Both the position numbers and the translations under genes were made by a program. The notes under the pieces were generated by a model. The model did not search any database, was not told the DNA's origin, and saw only the letters and a program-made list of their open reading frames with translations. DNA of 64,000 bases from Candidatus Solibacter usitatus (GTDB lineage: Bacteria > Acidobacteriota > Terriglobia > Bryobacterales > Bryobacteraceae). Below are positions 24,543 to 34,988 of this stretch, one piece after another (the stretch's first letter is position 1; each line of letters begins with the position of its first letter). Where the stretch lies: NCBI GenBank assembly GCA_016185465.1, contig JACPNO010000059.1:635-64634 (forward strand), in the 5' to 3' direction.

Positions 24543-25430
24543 ATGATGCAGCCGCACCGGCGCGCCTTTTTTCTGGGACTGTTTTCCGCATGCCTGCCGG
24601 CTCAGGACACTCCCAAGTGGGCGGACGTTCAGATTGAAGCCGTCGCCAACGGCTACCGCTTCACCGAAGGTCCGGCGTGGTCGCGGGACGGCTTTCTGCT
24701 TTTCAGCGATGTGCCCAATAACCGGATCCTGAAATATTCTCCCGGCAAGGGCGTTAGTGTTTTCCGCCAGAATAGCAACGGCGCCAACGGCAATGTGTTC
24801 GACCTGGTGGGACGCTTGTACACTTGCGAGAGCCGCACGCGCCGCGTCATCCGCACGCTAAAAAACGGCGACGTGGAGGTGCTGGCGGAGCGGTGGGAGG
24901 GTAAGCGCCTGAACGCGCCGAACGACATCGTGGTGCGGCGGGATGGACACATTTACTTTACCGACCCTGCGTTCGGCGAGCAGGCCGACACGCGGGAGCT
25001 GGATTTCTACGGCGTGTACCACATCGATCCCAAAGGCGGCATGAGCCTGATCGCCAAGCCGGCGGGCCGCCCGAACGGCATCGCGCTCACTGGCAACGGG
25101 CGAATCCTGTACGTCGCCAATTCCGACGAGCACAACGTGCGCGCCTACGACTTGGATCACAAGGGCGACGCTAGCGGCGAGCGCGTGGCGATTTCCGGCA
25201 TCGATGGCGTGCCTGACGGCATCCGAACCGATGTGAAGGGAAATGTGTACGTGACGGCCAACGGAATCCCGATTTACAATCCGCAGGGCAAGCTGTTGTC
25301 CACGATTCCTCTGTCGGAAACGCCGGCGAACTGCGCTTTCGGCGATCCCGATCTGCAAAGCTTGTACATCACGGCGCGGACCACGCTGTACCGCGTCCGC
25401 CTGGATGTAAAAGGGGCGGTGCAGTATTAA
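24543..25430 (+). CDS. SMP-30/gluconolactonase/LRE-family beta-propeller hydrolase
   Basis: FTEGPAWSRDGFLLFSD, NGNVFD, PNDIVV..DGHIYFTDP, PNGIAL, PDGIRTD.GNVYV. Confidence 0.85.
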   Translation: MMQPHRRAFFLGLFSACLPAQDTPKWADVQIEAVANGYRFTEGPAWSRDGFLLFSDVPNNRILKYSPGKGVSVFRQNSNGANGNVFDLVGRLYTCESRTRRVIRTLKNGDVEVLAERWEGKRLNAPNDIVVRRDGHIYFTDPAFGEQADTRELDFYGVYHIDPKGGMSLIAKPAGRPNGIALTGNGRILYVANSDEHNVRAYDLDHKGDASGERVAISGIDGVPDGIRTDVKGNVYVTANGIPIYNPQGKLLSTIPLSETPANCAFGDPDLQSLYITARTTLYRVRLDVKGAVQY

Positions 25431-25476
25431 GAGGCCGGCGCCCGGGGACAGCCGCCAGTATCCCGCGCGCCCGATT

Positions 25477-25881
25477 TTGGGCGTCGGCGCAATTATTTTG
25501 CATCGCAACCGGGTGCTGCTGGTGGAGCGCGGACGCGAGCCGTTGAAGGGATATTGGTCGCTGCCCGGCGGCGCGCTGGAAACGGGCGAGCGGCTGGAAG
25601 AAGGAATCCGCCGCGAGGTGCGCGAGGAGACGGGTCTCGAAATCCGGATCGTGAAGGTGGTCGAAATCTTTGAGCGCATTATGCGCGACCGGAAGGGCAA
25701 GGCGGAGTATCACTACGTGTTGATCGATTATCTTTGCCGGGCGAGCGGGGGGAAACTGGCGGCATCGGACGATGTTGCGCGCGCCGAATGGGTGCCGCGC
25801 AATGCGCTCAGCCAGTACCGAATCACGGAAGGGACGCTGCCGGTAATCGAAAAAGCATTCCGGCTGCGTTCGAAATCATGA
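25477..25881 (+). CDS. NUDIX hydrolase
   Basis: Nudix box GGALETGERLEEGIRREVREETGLE. Confidence 0.88.
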   Translation: MGVGAIILHRNRVLLVERGREPLKGYWSLPGGALETGERLEEGIRREVREETGLEIRIVKVVEIFERIMRDRKGKAEYHYVLIDYLCRASGGKLAASDDVARAEWVPRNALSQYRITEGTLPVIEKAFRLRSKS

Positions 25882-28304
25882 TTGCCACCAGCGCCGGCGT
25901 TCTCGAATTCGAATCTATGCGCAAGCTGCTGGAGAGGTATGTCGCGAGCCCGCTCGGGCGGAAGGGCCTGGCCGCTATCGCGCCGCATACCGATCGCGCG
26001 CGCCTGGTGGAGGACCTGGAAGAAGCGGCGGAAGCAGCGGAATACTTGCGATCGGCCGCGAGACCTCAGCCCGCTGCCCGAGGCGCGGCCATCCGCCTGG
26101 ACTTCTCATCCATTCCCGATCTGACGGAAGCCGTTCACAAGCTGCGCATCGAAGGCGCGACGCTTGAGGCGCGGGAAATTTTCGATATGGCCGGCTTGCT
26201 GGATCGCGCCGCCGACGCAAAGTCGATTCTGAACGCGGTGGTGGGAAGGTTTCCACGGCTGGGCGCGCGCGGGCAGGCATTAGGTGAATTTCGCGCGCTG
26301 CTCCGGGATCTGGAAGGCAAGATTCTGCCGGACGGGACGGTTGCGGACCATGCCAGTGTAGCGCTGGCGCGTCTGCGCCGCGACATCGAAAGGCAGAAGA
26401 AGGGGATTCAGGAATCGCTGGAACGATTTTTGAAAGCCCATCACGAGGAAGGCTTGCTGCAGGAAGAGTTTGTCACCATCCGCAACGAGCGCTACGTGGT
26501 GCCGGTGATTGCCGGGCAGCGCCGCCGCATGGATGGCGTGATTCACGGGGCGAGCTCGAGCGGGCACACGCTATTCGTCGAGCCGCTGGAAACGATCGAT
26601 CTGAACAATGAGCTGGTGCGGCTAACCGAAGAAGAAATGCGGGAGGTCCATCGCATTTTACGCGAGCTGACGGAGCGGCTGCGCGACTATTCCGATTCCA
26701 TCCGGCAGACTTTGGAAACCATGGGCGAGCTGGATTTGATTTTCGCCAAAGGGCGCTTTGCCATGGATTTCGATTGCGTGAAGCCGCGCTTCAGTCCGGA
26801 AAACGCACCGCGCCTGGCGATCAAAGACGCGCGTCATCCGCTGCTTGAGGATGTGCTGCGGCGCCGCCGGTTGGCTATTGTGCCGGTGACGATTGAGCTC
26901 GATGCCGAACACCGCACGCTGCTGATCAGCGGTCCCAACACGGGCGGAAAAACCGTAACTCTCAAGACCGTGGGCCTGCTGGTACTGATGGCGCAATCCG
27001 GACTGCTGGTGCCGTGCGCGGAAGCGGAATTTCCAATTTTCGAGCAGGTTCTGGCGGACATCGGCGACAACCAGTCCATCCAGGAGAGCCTCAGCACGTT
27101 CTCCGCCCACATTTCGCACATCCGCGACATGGTGCAGGATGTAACGCCGAATTCGCTGGTGCTGCTCGATGAGCTGGGCGCGGCCACCGACCCCGAAGAA
27201 GGCGGGGCGCTTGGCATCGCGGTGATCGATCGCTTTCGCTCGACGGGCGCGTTCACGCTGGCTTCGACGCATTTGGTGGCTCTCAAGATCTACGGCGCGA
27301 ACACGCCGGGCGTGCGCAACGGCTCGATGGGTTTCGACGAAGACACGCTGGAGCCGACTTACAAATTGCTGTTGGGATTGCCGGGAAAATCCGCGGGCCT
27401 GGACATTGCCGCGCGGCTGGGAATGCCGGAAGCGGTGATGAAACGCGCGCGTGAATCGATGAGCGACCGCGAGCGCGACGTGAGCCGCTTCTTGAGCGAG
27501 CTGCACCAGCGTCTGGAAGATGCTTCGGTACTGCAGACGGCGCTGGTCGAACAACAAGCGGAGCTGGCGCGGCGTGAAAAGGAATTGAAGCTGGAGTGGG
27601 AGAAGCGCGAGAGCGCCAAGCTTAAGGAATTGGAGCGGCGCTGCGATCTGGTGCTGGAGAAATTTGAAGCGCAGGCGCAGGAAACGATCGGGCAGATCGT
27701 GGAATCCGCCGACCGCAGAAAAGCTACTGAACAGGCCCAGCGCCGCGTGGCGAAAACCAAGCGCGAGCTGCGCGAAGATTTCGAAACCACGGTGCTTTCG
27801 ACGCAAGACGACGCGCGGCAGGGGGAGTTGACGACGCGCAAGCCCAGGATCGAGGAAGGCGCGCGCGTCCATTTGAAAGGCATTCGCGACGCCGCGCGCG
27901 TGCGCCGCATTCTGAACGAGGACCGCATCGAAGTGGAAGTGGGGTTCATGAAGATGCAGGTGCCGCTGGATGACATTTTGGAAGTGCTGCCGGAGGCGGG
28001 CGCGGAGGCTTCTCTGCCGAAGAACGTGAGCTACAAACCGGCGCCGCGCCTGAATCCGCTGGAGCAGGAAATCAAGGTGATCGGCGAGCGCGCCGAGGAA
28101 GCCTGCACGCAGGTTGAAAAATTTCTGGACAGCGCGGTGATGGCCACTGCCAGCCGCGTGCGCATCGTTCACGGCCACGGCATGGGAGTGCTGCGTAAAG
28201 CTATATGGGAATTACTAGCAAGCAATCCCCATGTGGAAAAATTCTACGCTGCGGCGCAGCACGAAGGCGGTGCAGGCGCGACGATCGTCGAACTAAAGGA
28301 CTGA
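25878..28304 (+). CDS. mutS2: endonuclease MutS2 (MutS domain V plus C-terminal Smr)
   Basis: ORF 25734..28304 trimmed to ATG 25878, which forms an ATGA overlap with the NUDIX stop. Walker A GPNTGGKTVTLK, LLDELGAATDP, and the Smr tail VRIVHGHGMGVLRKAIWELL. Confidence 0.9.
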   Translation: MIATSAGVLEFESMRKLLERYVASPLGRKGLAAIAPHTDRARLVEDLEEAAEAAEYLRSAARPQPAARGAAIRLDFSSIPDLTEAVHKLRIEGATLEAREIFDMAGLLDRAADAKSILNAVVGRFPRLGARGQALGEFRALLRDLEGKILPDGTVADHASVALARLRRDIERQKKGIQESLERFLKAHHEEGLLQEEFVTIRNERYVVPVIAGQRRRMDGVIHGASSSGHTLFVEPLETIDLNNELVRLTEEEMREVHRILRELTERLRDYSDSIRQTLETMGELDLIFAKGRFAMDFDCVKPRFSPENAPRLAIKDARHPLLEDVLRRRRLAIVPVTIELDAEHRTLLISGPNTGGKTVTLKTVGLLVLMAQSGLLVPCAEAEFPIFEQVLADIGDNQSIQESLSTFSAHISHIRDMVQDVTPNSLVLLDELGAATDPEEGGALGIAVIDRFRSTGAFTLASTHLVALKIYGANTPGVRNGSMGFDEDTLEPTYKLLLGLPGKSAGLDIAARLGMPEAVMKRARESMSDRERDVSRFLSELHQRLEDASVLQTALVEQQAELARREKELKLEWEKRESAKLKELERRCDLVLEKFEAQAQETIGQIVESADRRKATEQAQRRVAKTKRELREDFETTVLSTQDDARQGELTTRKPRIEEGARVHLKGIRDAARVRRILNEDRIEVEVGFMKMQVPLDDILEVLPEAGAEASLPKNVSYKPAPRLNPLEQEIKVIGERAEEACTQVEKFLDSAVMATASRVRIVHGHGMGVLRKAIWELLASNPHVEKFYAAAQHEGGAGATIVELKD

Positions 28305-28745
28305 CAGCACTTCTTCGGCGTGGCCTTCGGGCTTGACCTTGGAGAAAATTTTCTCGATCTTGCCGTCTTCGCCGATCAGGAAAGTGGAGCGGACGATACC
28401 CATCACTTTCTTGCCGTACATGTTCTTCTCTTTGTAAACGTCGTAGGCATTGGCGGCGGCTTTATCGACGTCGCACAACAATGTAAAAGGCAGCGAGTAC
28501 TTGGCTTTGAACTCCGCCTGCGCGGCTGGAGTGTCGGGCGAGATGCCGAGAATCACGGCTTTCTTCTTAGCGAAGCTTTTGATGGCGTCGCGAAATTCGT
28601 TGGCTTCGATGGTGCAACCGGGCGTGTCCGCGCGGGGATAAAAATAGAGGACGACCTTCTGGCCCTTGAGGCTGGAGAGCTTGAAGGCGTCGCCAGTGTC
28701 GGTCTGCAGCTTGATTTCCGGAGCTTTGTCGCCTGCTTTGAGCAT
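28293..28745 (-). CDS. bcp: peroxiredoxin, Bcp type
   Basis: FYPRADTPGCTIEANEFRD, 150 aa. Confidence 0.88.
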   Translation of the reverse strand: MLKAGDKAPEIKLQTDTGDAFKLSSLKGQKVVLYFYPRADTPGCTIEANEFRDAIKSFAKKKAVILGISPDTPAAQAEFKAKYSLPFTLLCDVDKAAANAYDVYKEKNMYGKKVMGIVRSTFLIGEDGKIEKIFSKVKPEGHAEEVLSVL

Positions 28746-28750
28746 GAGTT

Positions 28751-30238
28751 TTACGCCAATTTCCTTTTTAGAATTTCGTTGACGGCGGACGGGCTGGCTT
28801 GGCCGCGCGACGCTTTCATAATTTGCCCCACCAGAAAACCCATCACGGCTGTTTTGCCGCCGCGATATTGTTCCACCTGTTTGGGATTGGCTGCCAGCAC
28901 GTCATCCACGATTTTTTCCAGCGCGCCGGTGTCGCTGATCTGGCGCAGGCCTTCGCGCTCCATAATGGCGGGAGCCGAATCGCCGGTGGTCCACATTGTT
29001 TCGAAGACTTGCTTGGCCAGCTTGCCGGACAGCTCGCCTTTGGCGATCAGGGCGATGAGTTCACCCAATTTTTCAGAGCTTACAGGAGATTCGGTGATGT
29101 CCCGGTTCTCGGCTTTGAGCGCGCCGGCAAGCCCGCCTATCACCCAGTTGGCGGCCGTACGGGCATCGCCGGATGCGGCCGCGGCCCGTTCGAAATAATC
29201 GCTGATGGCGCGAGACGCCGTGAGCACTTGCGCGTCGTATTCGCGCAATCCGTATTTCTCAACGAACCGCTCGCGCTTGAGCGCCGGCAGTTCCGGCATG
29301 TTGGCCTTGACATCCGCCAGCCACTTGTCGCTGATGCGCAGCGGAACCAGATCAGGCTCGGGAAAGTAGCGGTAATCGTGCGCATGCTCCTTGCTGCGCA
29401 TGCCGGTAGTCTCGCCGGTATCCGAGTTATATTGACGCGTTTCCTGGGCGATGCGGCCGCCGCTCTCAATGACAGCCACCTGGCGCGCGATCTCGTAATC
29501 CAACGCCATTTTCAGAAAACGGAACGAGTTGAGATTTTTCACCTCAGCTTTGGTGCCGAACTTGTCCGCGCCTTTCAGACGCACGGACACGTTGGCGTCG
29601 CAGCGCAGATGGCCCTTCTCCATGTCGCAGGTGGAAACATCGATGAACTGCAGCACCTGTTTGATTTCGGTGAGATAGGCGTACGCTTCATCAGAGCTGC
29701 GCATATCCGGCTCGCTGACGATTTCGATAAGCGGTGTGCCGGAGCGATTCAGATCGACGTAGGAGTAACGCGCGGAATCTGAAAAGCCTTCGTGGATGCT
29801 TTTGCCAGCGTCGTCTTCCATGTGAACGCGCGTGATGCCGATGCGCTTGGCACCGCCATCGAGGGCGATATCGACGTAGCCGTTTTCAGCCAGCGGTTCA
29901 TCGTACTGGGAGATTTGATAGCCTTTTGGCAAGTCCGGATAAAAGTAGTTCTTGCGGGCGAAACGCGACTTTGCGCGGATGCGGCAATTCAGCGCGAGCG
30001 AGGCCCGGATCGCAAGCTCGACGGCCTCGCGGTTCAACACCGGCAGGGCTCCCGGCAATCCCAGGCATACCGGACAGACGTTGGTATTGGGCGGCGCGCC
30101 GAAACTGGTGGGACATCCGCAGAAAATCTTGGTGACCGTGCTGAGCTGAACGTGAACCTCGAGCCCGATGACCGGTTCGTAATGCGCGATCGCCTCCGGC
30201 GGGGCCAGATCCACGGCGCTGGATGACATTTCTATCAT
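28751..30238 (-). CDS. gatB: Asp-tRNA(Asn)/Glu-tRNA(Gln) amidotransferase subunit B
   Basis: [24 protein letters not shown]...[19 protein letters not shown] and a C-terminal GatB_Yqey tail. Start set to ATG 30238 (AGGGG 9 nt upstream); 30229 and 30295 are alternatives. Confidence 0.9.
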   Translation of the reverse strand: MIEMSSSAVDLAPPEAIAHYEPVIGLEVHVQLSTVTKIFCGCPTSFGAPPNTNVCPVCLGLPGALPVLNREAVELAIRASLALNCRIRAKSRFARKNYFYPDLPKGYQISQYDEPLAENGYVDIALDGGAKRIGITRVHMEDDAGKSIHEGFSDSARYSYVDLNRSGTPLIEIVSEPDMRSSDEAYAYLTEIKQVLQFIDVSTCDMEKGHLRCDANVSVRLKGADKFGTKAEVKNLNSFRFLKMALDYEIARQVAVIESGGRIAQETRQYNSDTGETTGMRSKEHAHDYRYFPEPDLVPLRISDKWLADVKANMPELPALKRERFVEKYGLREYDAQVLTASRAISDYFERAAAASGDARTAANWVIGGLAGALKAENRDITESPVSSEKLGELIALIAKGELSGKLAKQVFETMWTTGDSAPAIMEREGLRQISDTGALEKIVDDVLAANPKQVEQYRGGKTAVMGFLVGQIMKASRGQASPSAVNEILKRKLA

Positions 30239-30293
30239 TATAAACGGCCCCTGGCGCGGCGCGGGATTGTATACTGCGGAATGGGGAGCATTC

Positions 30294-30989
30294 ATGAGTT
30301 CGGTCGCGGCAGATAGCCACGTTCATCGCGCGTTTCATTTCTATCAGGAGAGCTTAGGCAAGAAAGTAGTGATGGCCGCCACTGGAGTGGTGTTGTTCGG
30401 CTATCTGGTGGCGCATCTGCTGGGAAATATGCAGGTATACCTGGGCGCCGAGCAGATGGACAATTACGCGGCGTTTCTGCACTCGATGCCGGCGCTGCTG
30501 TGGGGTGTGCGCGCGCTGCTGCTGATTTCGATCGTCGGGCACATCGTTTCGTCCATCCAGCTAGCGCGTCTCAAAAGCGCGGCCCGGCCGGTGAGTTATG
30601 TCAAGAAGGAAGCTATCGCATCGAGCTACGCCTCGCGCACGATGATGTGGAGCGGGCCCATCATCGCTTTCTTCGTGATCTTTCACATTTTGGATCTCAC
30701 CACCGGCGCGGCTGGAGCGGCACAGTTTCAGGACCTGCGTGCTTACGAGAATTTGGTCTACAGTTTTCGCCGCGTTCCGGTGGCGGCGTTCTACATCGTC
30801 GCCATGGTGCTACTCTGCATGCATCTTTATCACGGACTGTGGAGCATGTTCCAAAGCATGGGGGTGAGCCATCCGCGGTATACGCCCATCATCAAGCGGG
30901 CCGCGGCGTGGGTGGCCATTCTGATGGCGGTAGGATTTATTTCCATTCCCATATCGGTGCTGACCGGCCTGGTTGGCGCAAACCTCTAA
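30294..30989 (+). CDS. sdhC: succinate dehydrogenase/fumarate reductase cytochrome b subunit, b558 (five-helix) family
   Basis: ORF 30267..30989 trimmed to ATG 30294 (GGGGAG upstream). Polytopic, with conserved His residues ([31 protein letters not shown]). It precedes sdhA and sdhB. Confidence 0.8.
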   Translation: MSSVAADSHVHRAFHFYQESLGKKVVMAATGVVLFGYLVAHLLGNMQVYLGAEQMDNYAAFLHSMPALLWGVRALLLISIVGHIVSSIQLARLKSAARPVSYVKKEAIASSYASRTMMWSGPIIAFFVIFHILDLTTGAAGAAQFQDLRAYENLVYSFRRVPVAAFYIVAMVLLCMHLYHGLWSMFQSMGVSHPRYTPIIKRAAAWVAILMAVGFISIPISVLTGLVGANL

Positions 30990-30992
30990 TTC

Positions 30993-32906
30993 ATGCAACT
31001 CGACTCAAGAATTCCATCCGGACCCATCGAAAAAGCTTGGGACAAGGCCCGTTTCGAAATGAAGCTGGTGAATCCGGCGAACAAGCGCAAGTACAGCGTG
31101 ATCGTGGTCGGCTCGGGACTGGCGGGCGCTTCGGCGTCGGCGTCGCTGGCGGAGCTGGGCTACAACGTCAAGTGTTTTTGCTTTCAGGACAGCCCGCGCC
31201 GGGCGCACTCGATCGCCGCGCAAGGCGGCATCAACGCGGCCAAGAATTATCAGAACGATGGCGACAGCATTTACCGGCTGTTCTACGACACCGTAAAGGG
31301 CGGGGACTTTCGCGCGCGCGAGGCCAACGTGTACCGCCTGGCGCAGATCAGCGTGAACATTATCGATCAATGCGTGGCGCAGGGAGTTCCGTTCGCGCGC
31401 GAATACGGCGGCACGCTCGCCAACCGGTCTTTCGGCGGCGCGCAAGTATCGCGCACTTTTTACGCGCGTGGACAGACGGGACAGCAATTGCTGCTGGGCG
31501 CCTACCAGGCGCTCGAACGGCAGGTCGCGTCCGGCAAGGTCAAGATGCTGGCACGCACGGAAATGCTGGGCCTGGCAGTGATCGACGGCCGGGCGCGCGG
31601 CATCGTCACGCGCGATCTGATCACCGGCAAAGTCGAATCGCACGTGGCCGACGCGGTGGTGCTGGCGAGCGGCGGCTACGGCAACGTCTACTACCTTTCG
31701 ACCAACGCCAAGGGATCGAATTGCACCGCTATCTGGCGCGCGCACAAGCGGGGCGCGGCGTTTGCCAATCCGTGTTTTACCCAGATTCATCCGACCTGCA
31801 TTCCAGTCTCGGGCGAGTACCAGTCCAAACTCACCCTGATGAGCGAATCGCTGCGAAACGATGGCCGGATCTGGGTGCCCAAAAAGAAAGGCGACAAGCG
31901 GACGCCGGAGCAGATTCCGGATGCCGAGCGCGACTATTATCTGGAGCGCCGTTATCCGAGCTTCGGCAACCTGGTTCCACGTGATGTGGCTTCGCGCAAT
32001 GCCAAGGCGGTTTGTGACGAGGGACGTGGCGTCGGCGAAACGGGGCTGGGCGTGTATCTGGATTTCTCGGACGCGATTCAACGCCTGGGCGCAGACGGCA
32101 TTCGCGAGCGCTACGGCAACCTGTTCGAAATGTACGAGCGCATCACCGGCGAAGATCCTTACCGCGTCCCGATGCGAATTTTTCCGGCTATCCACTACAC
32201 CATGGGCGGACTGTGGGTGGATTATCACCTGATGAGCACGATCCCGGGACTGTTCGTGATTGGCGAGGCAAATTTTTCCGATCATGGCGCCAACCGTTTA
32301 GGGGCGAGCGCGCTGATGCAAGGCCTGGCGGATGGCTACTTCATTCTGCCGTATACGCTGGGCAATTATCTGGCGGGCGCAAAGCTGGAAAAAGTCGACA
32401 CGGCGCACGCGGAATTTCGCTCCGTCGAAAACGAGGTGAACGCGATGACCCGGCGTTTGCTTTCGATCCGGGGCAAGCGGACCGTTTCCTCGTTCCACCG
32501 CGAACTGGGCAAGACGCTTTGGGAGGATTGCGGCATGTCGCGCAATAGAGCATCGCTGGAGGGAGCCATCCGGAAGATCCGCGTTCTTCGCGAAGAGTTT
32601 TGGGGAAACGCCGACGTATTAGGCGGTGGGGAAGAGCTCAATCAGGCGCTGGAGCACGCCGGACGCGTGGCCGATTTCCTGGAGCTCGGTGAGCTGCTGG
32701 CTATCGATGCGCTGCAGCGGGATGAATCCTGCGGCGGACATTTCCGGGAAGAGCATCAAACGCCCGACGGCGAAGCGCTGCGCGACGATGAGCGCTTCTG
32801 TTACGCCGCTGCGTGGGAATACGCGGGTGCGGGCGGGCAACCGGTATTGAACAAAGAGCCGCTCAAATTCGAATACGTTCCGCCCACCCAACGGAGCTAT
32901 AAGTGA
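30993..32906 (+). CDS. sdhA: succinate dehydrogenase/fumarate reductase flavoprotein subunit
   Basis: [12 protein letters not shown], covalent-FAD His context [39 protein letters not shown]. Confidence 0.92.
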   Translation: MQLDSRIPSGPIEKAWDKARFEMKLVNPANKRKYSVIVVGSGLAGASASASLAELGYNVKCFCFQDSPRRAHSIAAQGGINAAKNYQNDGDSIYRLFYDTVKGGDFRAREANVYRLAQISVNIIDQCVAQGVPFAREYGGTLANRSFGGAQVSRTFYARGQTGQQLLLGAYQALERQVASGKVKMLARTEMLGLAVIDGRARGIVTRDLITGKVESHVADAVVLASGGYGNVYYLSTNAKGSNCTAIWRAHKRGAAFANPCFTQIHPTCIPVSGEYQSKLTLMSESLRNDGRIWVPKKKGDKRTPEQIPDAERDYYLERRYPSFGNLVPRDVASRNAKAVCDEGRGVGETGLGVYLDFSDAIQRLGADGIRERYGNLFEMYERITGEDPYRVPMRIFPAIHYTMGGLWVDYHLMSTIPGLFVIGEANFSDHGANRLGASALMQGLADGYFILPYTLGNYLAGAKLEKVDTAHAEFRSVENEVNAMTRRLLSIRGKRTVSSFHRELGKTLWEDCGMSRNRASLEGAIRKIRVLREEFWGNADVLGGGEELNQALEHAGRVADFLELGELLAIDALQRDESCGGHFREEHQTPDGEALRDDERFCYAAAWEYAGAGGQPVLNKEPLKFEYVPPTQRSYK

Positions 32907-33676
32907 ACCTTACTCTCCACATCTGGCGGCAGAAGAACGCCAGCGATCCTGGCCGCATGGTCCGGTACGAAGCCAAGAATGTCAATGCCGACATGTCGTT
33001 TCTCGAAATGTTGGATGTGCTGAATGAAGAGCTCACGCTCAAGGGCGAAGACCCGGTGGCCTTCGACAGCGATTGCCGGGAAGGAATTTGCGGCATGTGC
33101 GGCTTCATGATCAACGGCGTCGCGCACGGCCCGCAGCGTGGGACAACAGTCTGCCAGCTTCACATGCGGCGCTTCAAGGAGGGCGACCAACTGCATCTGG
33201 AGCCATGGCGGGCGCGCGCGTTTCCGGTGATCAAGGACCTCGTCGTCGACCGGAGCGCGTTCGATCGCATTATCCAGGCCGGCGGCTTTATTTCGGTTTC
33301 GACGGGCAGCGCTCCGGACGGCAACGCCATTCTGGTGCCCAAGCCGGCGGCGGATCTAGCCATGGATGCGGCCGCTTGTATCGGGTGCGGTGCCTGCGTT
33401 GCGGCCTGTCCCAATGCGGCGGCGGCGCTGTTCACCGGAGCGAAGATCACCCATCTGGCCAAGCTCCCGCAGGGCCAGCCCGAGCGTTACCAGCGCGTGC
33501 TGGGGATGGTGGCCCAAGCCCGGCAGGACTTGTTCGGAAGCTGCACCAACATCGGCGAGTGTGAAGCGGTGTGCCCCAAGGCGATCCCGCTGGATGTGAT
33601 CGCCGGCATGAACCGGGATTTTATAAAGGCCAGTTGGGAGCGAAGAGAAGAGGTTATTGAAAAGGGAGCTGGATGA
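32903..33676 (+). CDS. sdhB: succinate dehydrogenase/fumarate reductase iron-sulfur subunit
   Basis: Cys clusters [22 protein letters not shown] and [12 protein letters not shown]. Confidence 0.9.
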   Translation: MNLTLHIWRQKNASDPGRMVRYEAKNVNADMSFLEMLDVLNEELTLKGEDPVAFDSDCREGICGMCGFMINGVAHGPQRGTTVCQLHMRRFKEGDQLHLEPWRARAFPVIKDLVVDRSAFDRIIQAGGFISVSTGSAPDGNAILVPKPAADLAMDAAACIGCGACVAACPNAAAALFTGAKITHLAKLPQGQPERYQRVLGMVAQARQDLFGSCTNIGECEAVCPKAIPLDVIAGMNRDFIKASWERREEVIEKGAG

Positions 33677-33678
33677 GC

Positions 33679-33705
33679 CCAAAGTGCCTCTGGCATTGGT
33701 TTTTA
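33679..33705 (+). terminator. intrinsic terminator after sdhB
   Basis: The hairpin CCAAAGTGCC-TCT-GGCATTGG (33679-33699) is followed by TTTTTAT. Confidence 0.55.
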
Positions 33706-33715
33706 TCGTGAAAAT

Positions 33716-33756
33716 ATGGTTGATTTTCAGCCATAGGATGGTTGATAATCAGCCAT
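33716..33756 (+). promoter_or_regulatory. two tandem 19-bp imperfect palindromes (operator-like), the second covering the ATPase start codon
   Basis: ATGGTTGATTTTCAGCCAT (33716-33734) and ATGGTTGATAATCAGCCAT (33738-33756) lie 22 bp apart centre to centre. In each, the half-sites ATGGTTGA / TCAGCCAT match in 7 of 8 positions. Confidence 0.4.
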
Positions 33757-34987
33757 GTACTTCCGTTACCTGGCTGGGGAGATCGCCGTAGCTTTTCGCG
33801 ATACACCCGTTATTTTCCTCAACGGAGCCCGCCAGACTGGAAAAACTACGCTGGCTCGCCAGATTCGCTTGGCCGGCAAGCCGCTGCGGTATCTGACTCT
33901 CGACGACGATTCCGTACTGGCTGCAGCCAAGAACAGCGCTTCAGGATTTATCGCGGGTCTCGCCGGGCCGGTCGTTCTCGACGAAGTGCAGCGCGCCCCC
34001 GATTTGTTTCTCGCCATCAAAGCCGCCGTGGATCGTAAACGCCGGCCCGGCCGCTTCCTGCTCACTGGCTCGACGGATGTCCTATTGCTGCCGCGCGTCG
34101 CCGATTCTCTCGCCGGACGCATGGAAATCTTTACGCTGTGGCCGCTTTCTCAAGGCGAGCTGTCCGGCCGCCGCGATAGCTTCGTGGACGCCGTTTTCAA
34201 AAATACCGCGCCCGAGCGTCCGCGAGGTCTTCTCACTGAAAAGGCCCTGATCGACCGTGTGACCCGGGGCGGCTATCCGGTGGCCCAGCGGCGCAAGACC
34301 GAGCACAGGCGGCGGGCCTGGTTCGACGCCTATCTCACCACCATCATGCAGCGCGACGTCCGCGATCTGGCTAACGTTGACGATCTTACAGTGCTACCTC
34401 GCCTGCTCACGCTGCTGGCCAGCCGCGCGGCCAGCTTGCTGAATTTCGCCGATCTGTCGCGCGCCATGTCCATTCCCCAGACAACCCTGAAGCGATACTT
34501 CGTGCTGCTGGAGATCACGTTCCTGGCGACGCTGGCGAACCCGTGGTCGGCAAACCTCGGCAAGCGCTTGGTAAAAGCGCCCAAGGTGTATTTGAACGAC
34601 ACTGGCCTGATGATTTCGCTGCTCGGTTTGAGCGGCGCGCAACTCACGGCCAACCGGATGTTGCTCGGTCCGCTGCTGGAGAATTTTGTTGTGATGGAAT
34701 TGCGCAAACAAGCCGGTTGGAGCAAGTCCCGTCCGCGCGTGCTGCACTTTCGCACTCATACGGGAGAAGAAGTCGATGCGGTTCTCGAGACGCCCGCGGG
34801 CGAGGTGGTGGGCATCGAGGTGAAGTCGGCTGGCTCGGTGAGCGCGTCCGATTTCAAGGGCCTGCGCACGCTCGCGGAGCTGGCCGGAACGCGATTTCGC
34901 CGAGGCATCGTCCTGTACACCGGCGCGGAAGTTGTGCCGTTCGCCAAGAACCTCCACGCGGTGCCAATTCAGGCGCTGTGGCAGTGA
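33755..34987 (+). CDS. AAA-family ATPase with a DUF4143-type C-terminal domain
   Basis: Walker A GARQTGKTT, Walker B VVLDEVQ, and a C-terminal segment EEVDAVLE...GIEVKS typical of the AAA_14/DUF4143 architecture. Confidence 0.8.
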   Translation: MYFRYLAGEIAVAFRDTPVIFLNGARQTGKTTLARQIRLAGKPLRYLTLDDDSVLAAAKNSASGFIAGLAGPVVLDEVQRAPDLFLAIKAAVDRKRRPGRFLLTGSTDVLLLPRVADSLAGRMEIFTLWPLSQGELSGRRDSFVDAVFKNTAPERPRGLLTEKALIDRVTRGGYPVAQRRKTEHRRRAWFDAYLTTIMQRDVRDLANVDDLTVLPRLLTLLASRAASLLNFADLSRAMSIPQTTLKRYFVLLEITFLATLANPWSANLGKRLVKAPKVYLNDTGLMISLLGLSGAQLTANRMLLGPLLENFVVMELRKQAGWSKSRPRVLHFRTHTGEEVDAVLETPAGEVVGIEVKSAGSVSASDFKGLRTLAELAGTRFRRGIVLYTGAEVVPFAKNLHAVPIQALWQ

Positions 34988-34988
34988 A

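Noticed and set aside
26658-28178. 506-aa minus-strand ORF
   Set aside because: It is antisense to mutS2, whose Walker motifs and Smr domain are unambiguous. The translation is Arg/His/Gln-rich and low-complexity.
31005-32285. 426-aa minus-strand ORF and the 494-aa plus-strand ORF 30500..31984
   Set aside because: Both overlap sdhC/sdhA antisense or out of frame. The sdhA frame carries the FAD and active-site motifs, and the alternatives are Arg-rich junk.
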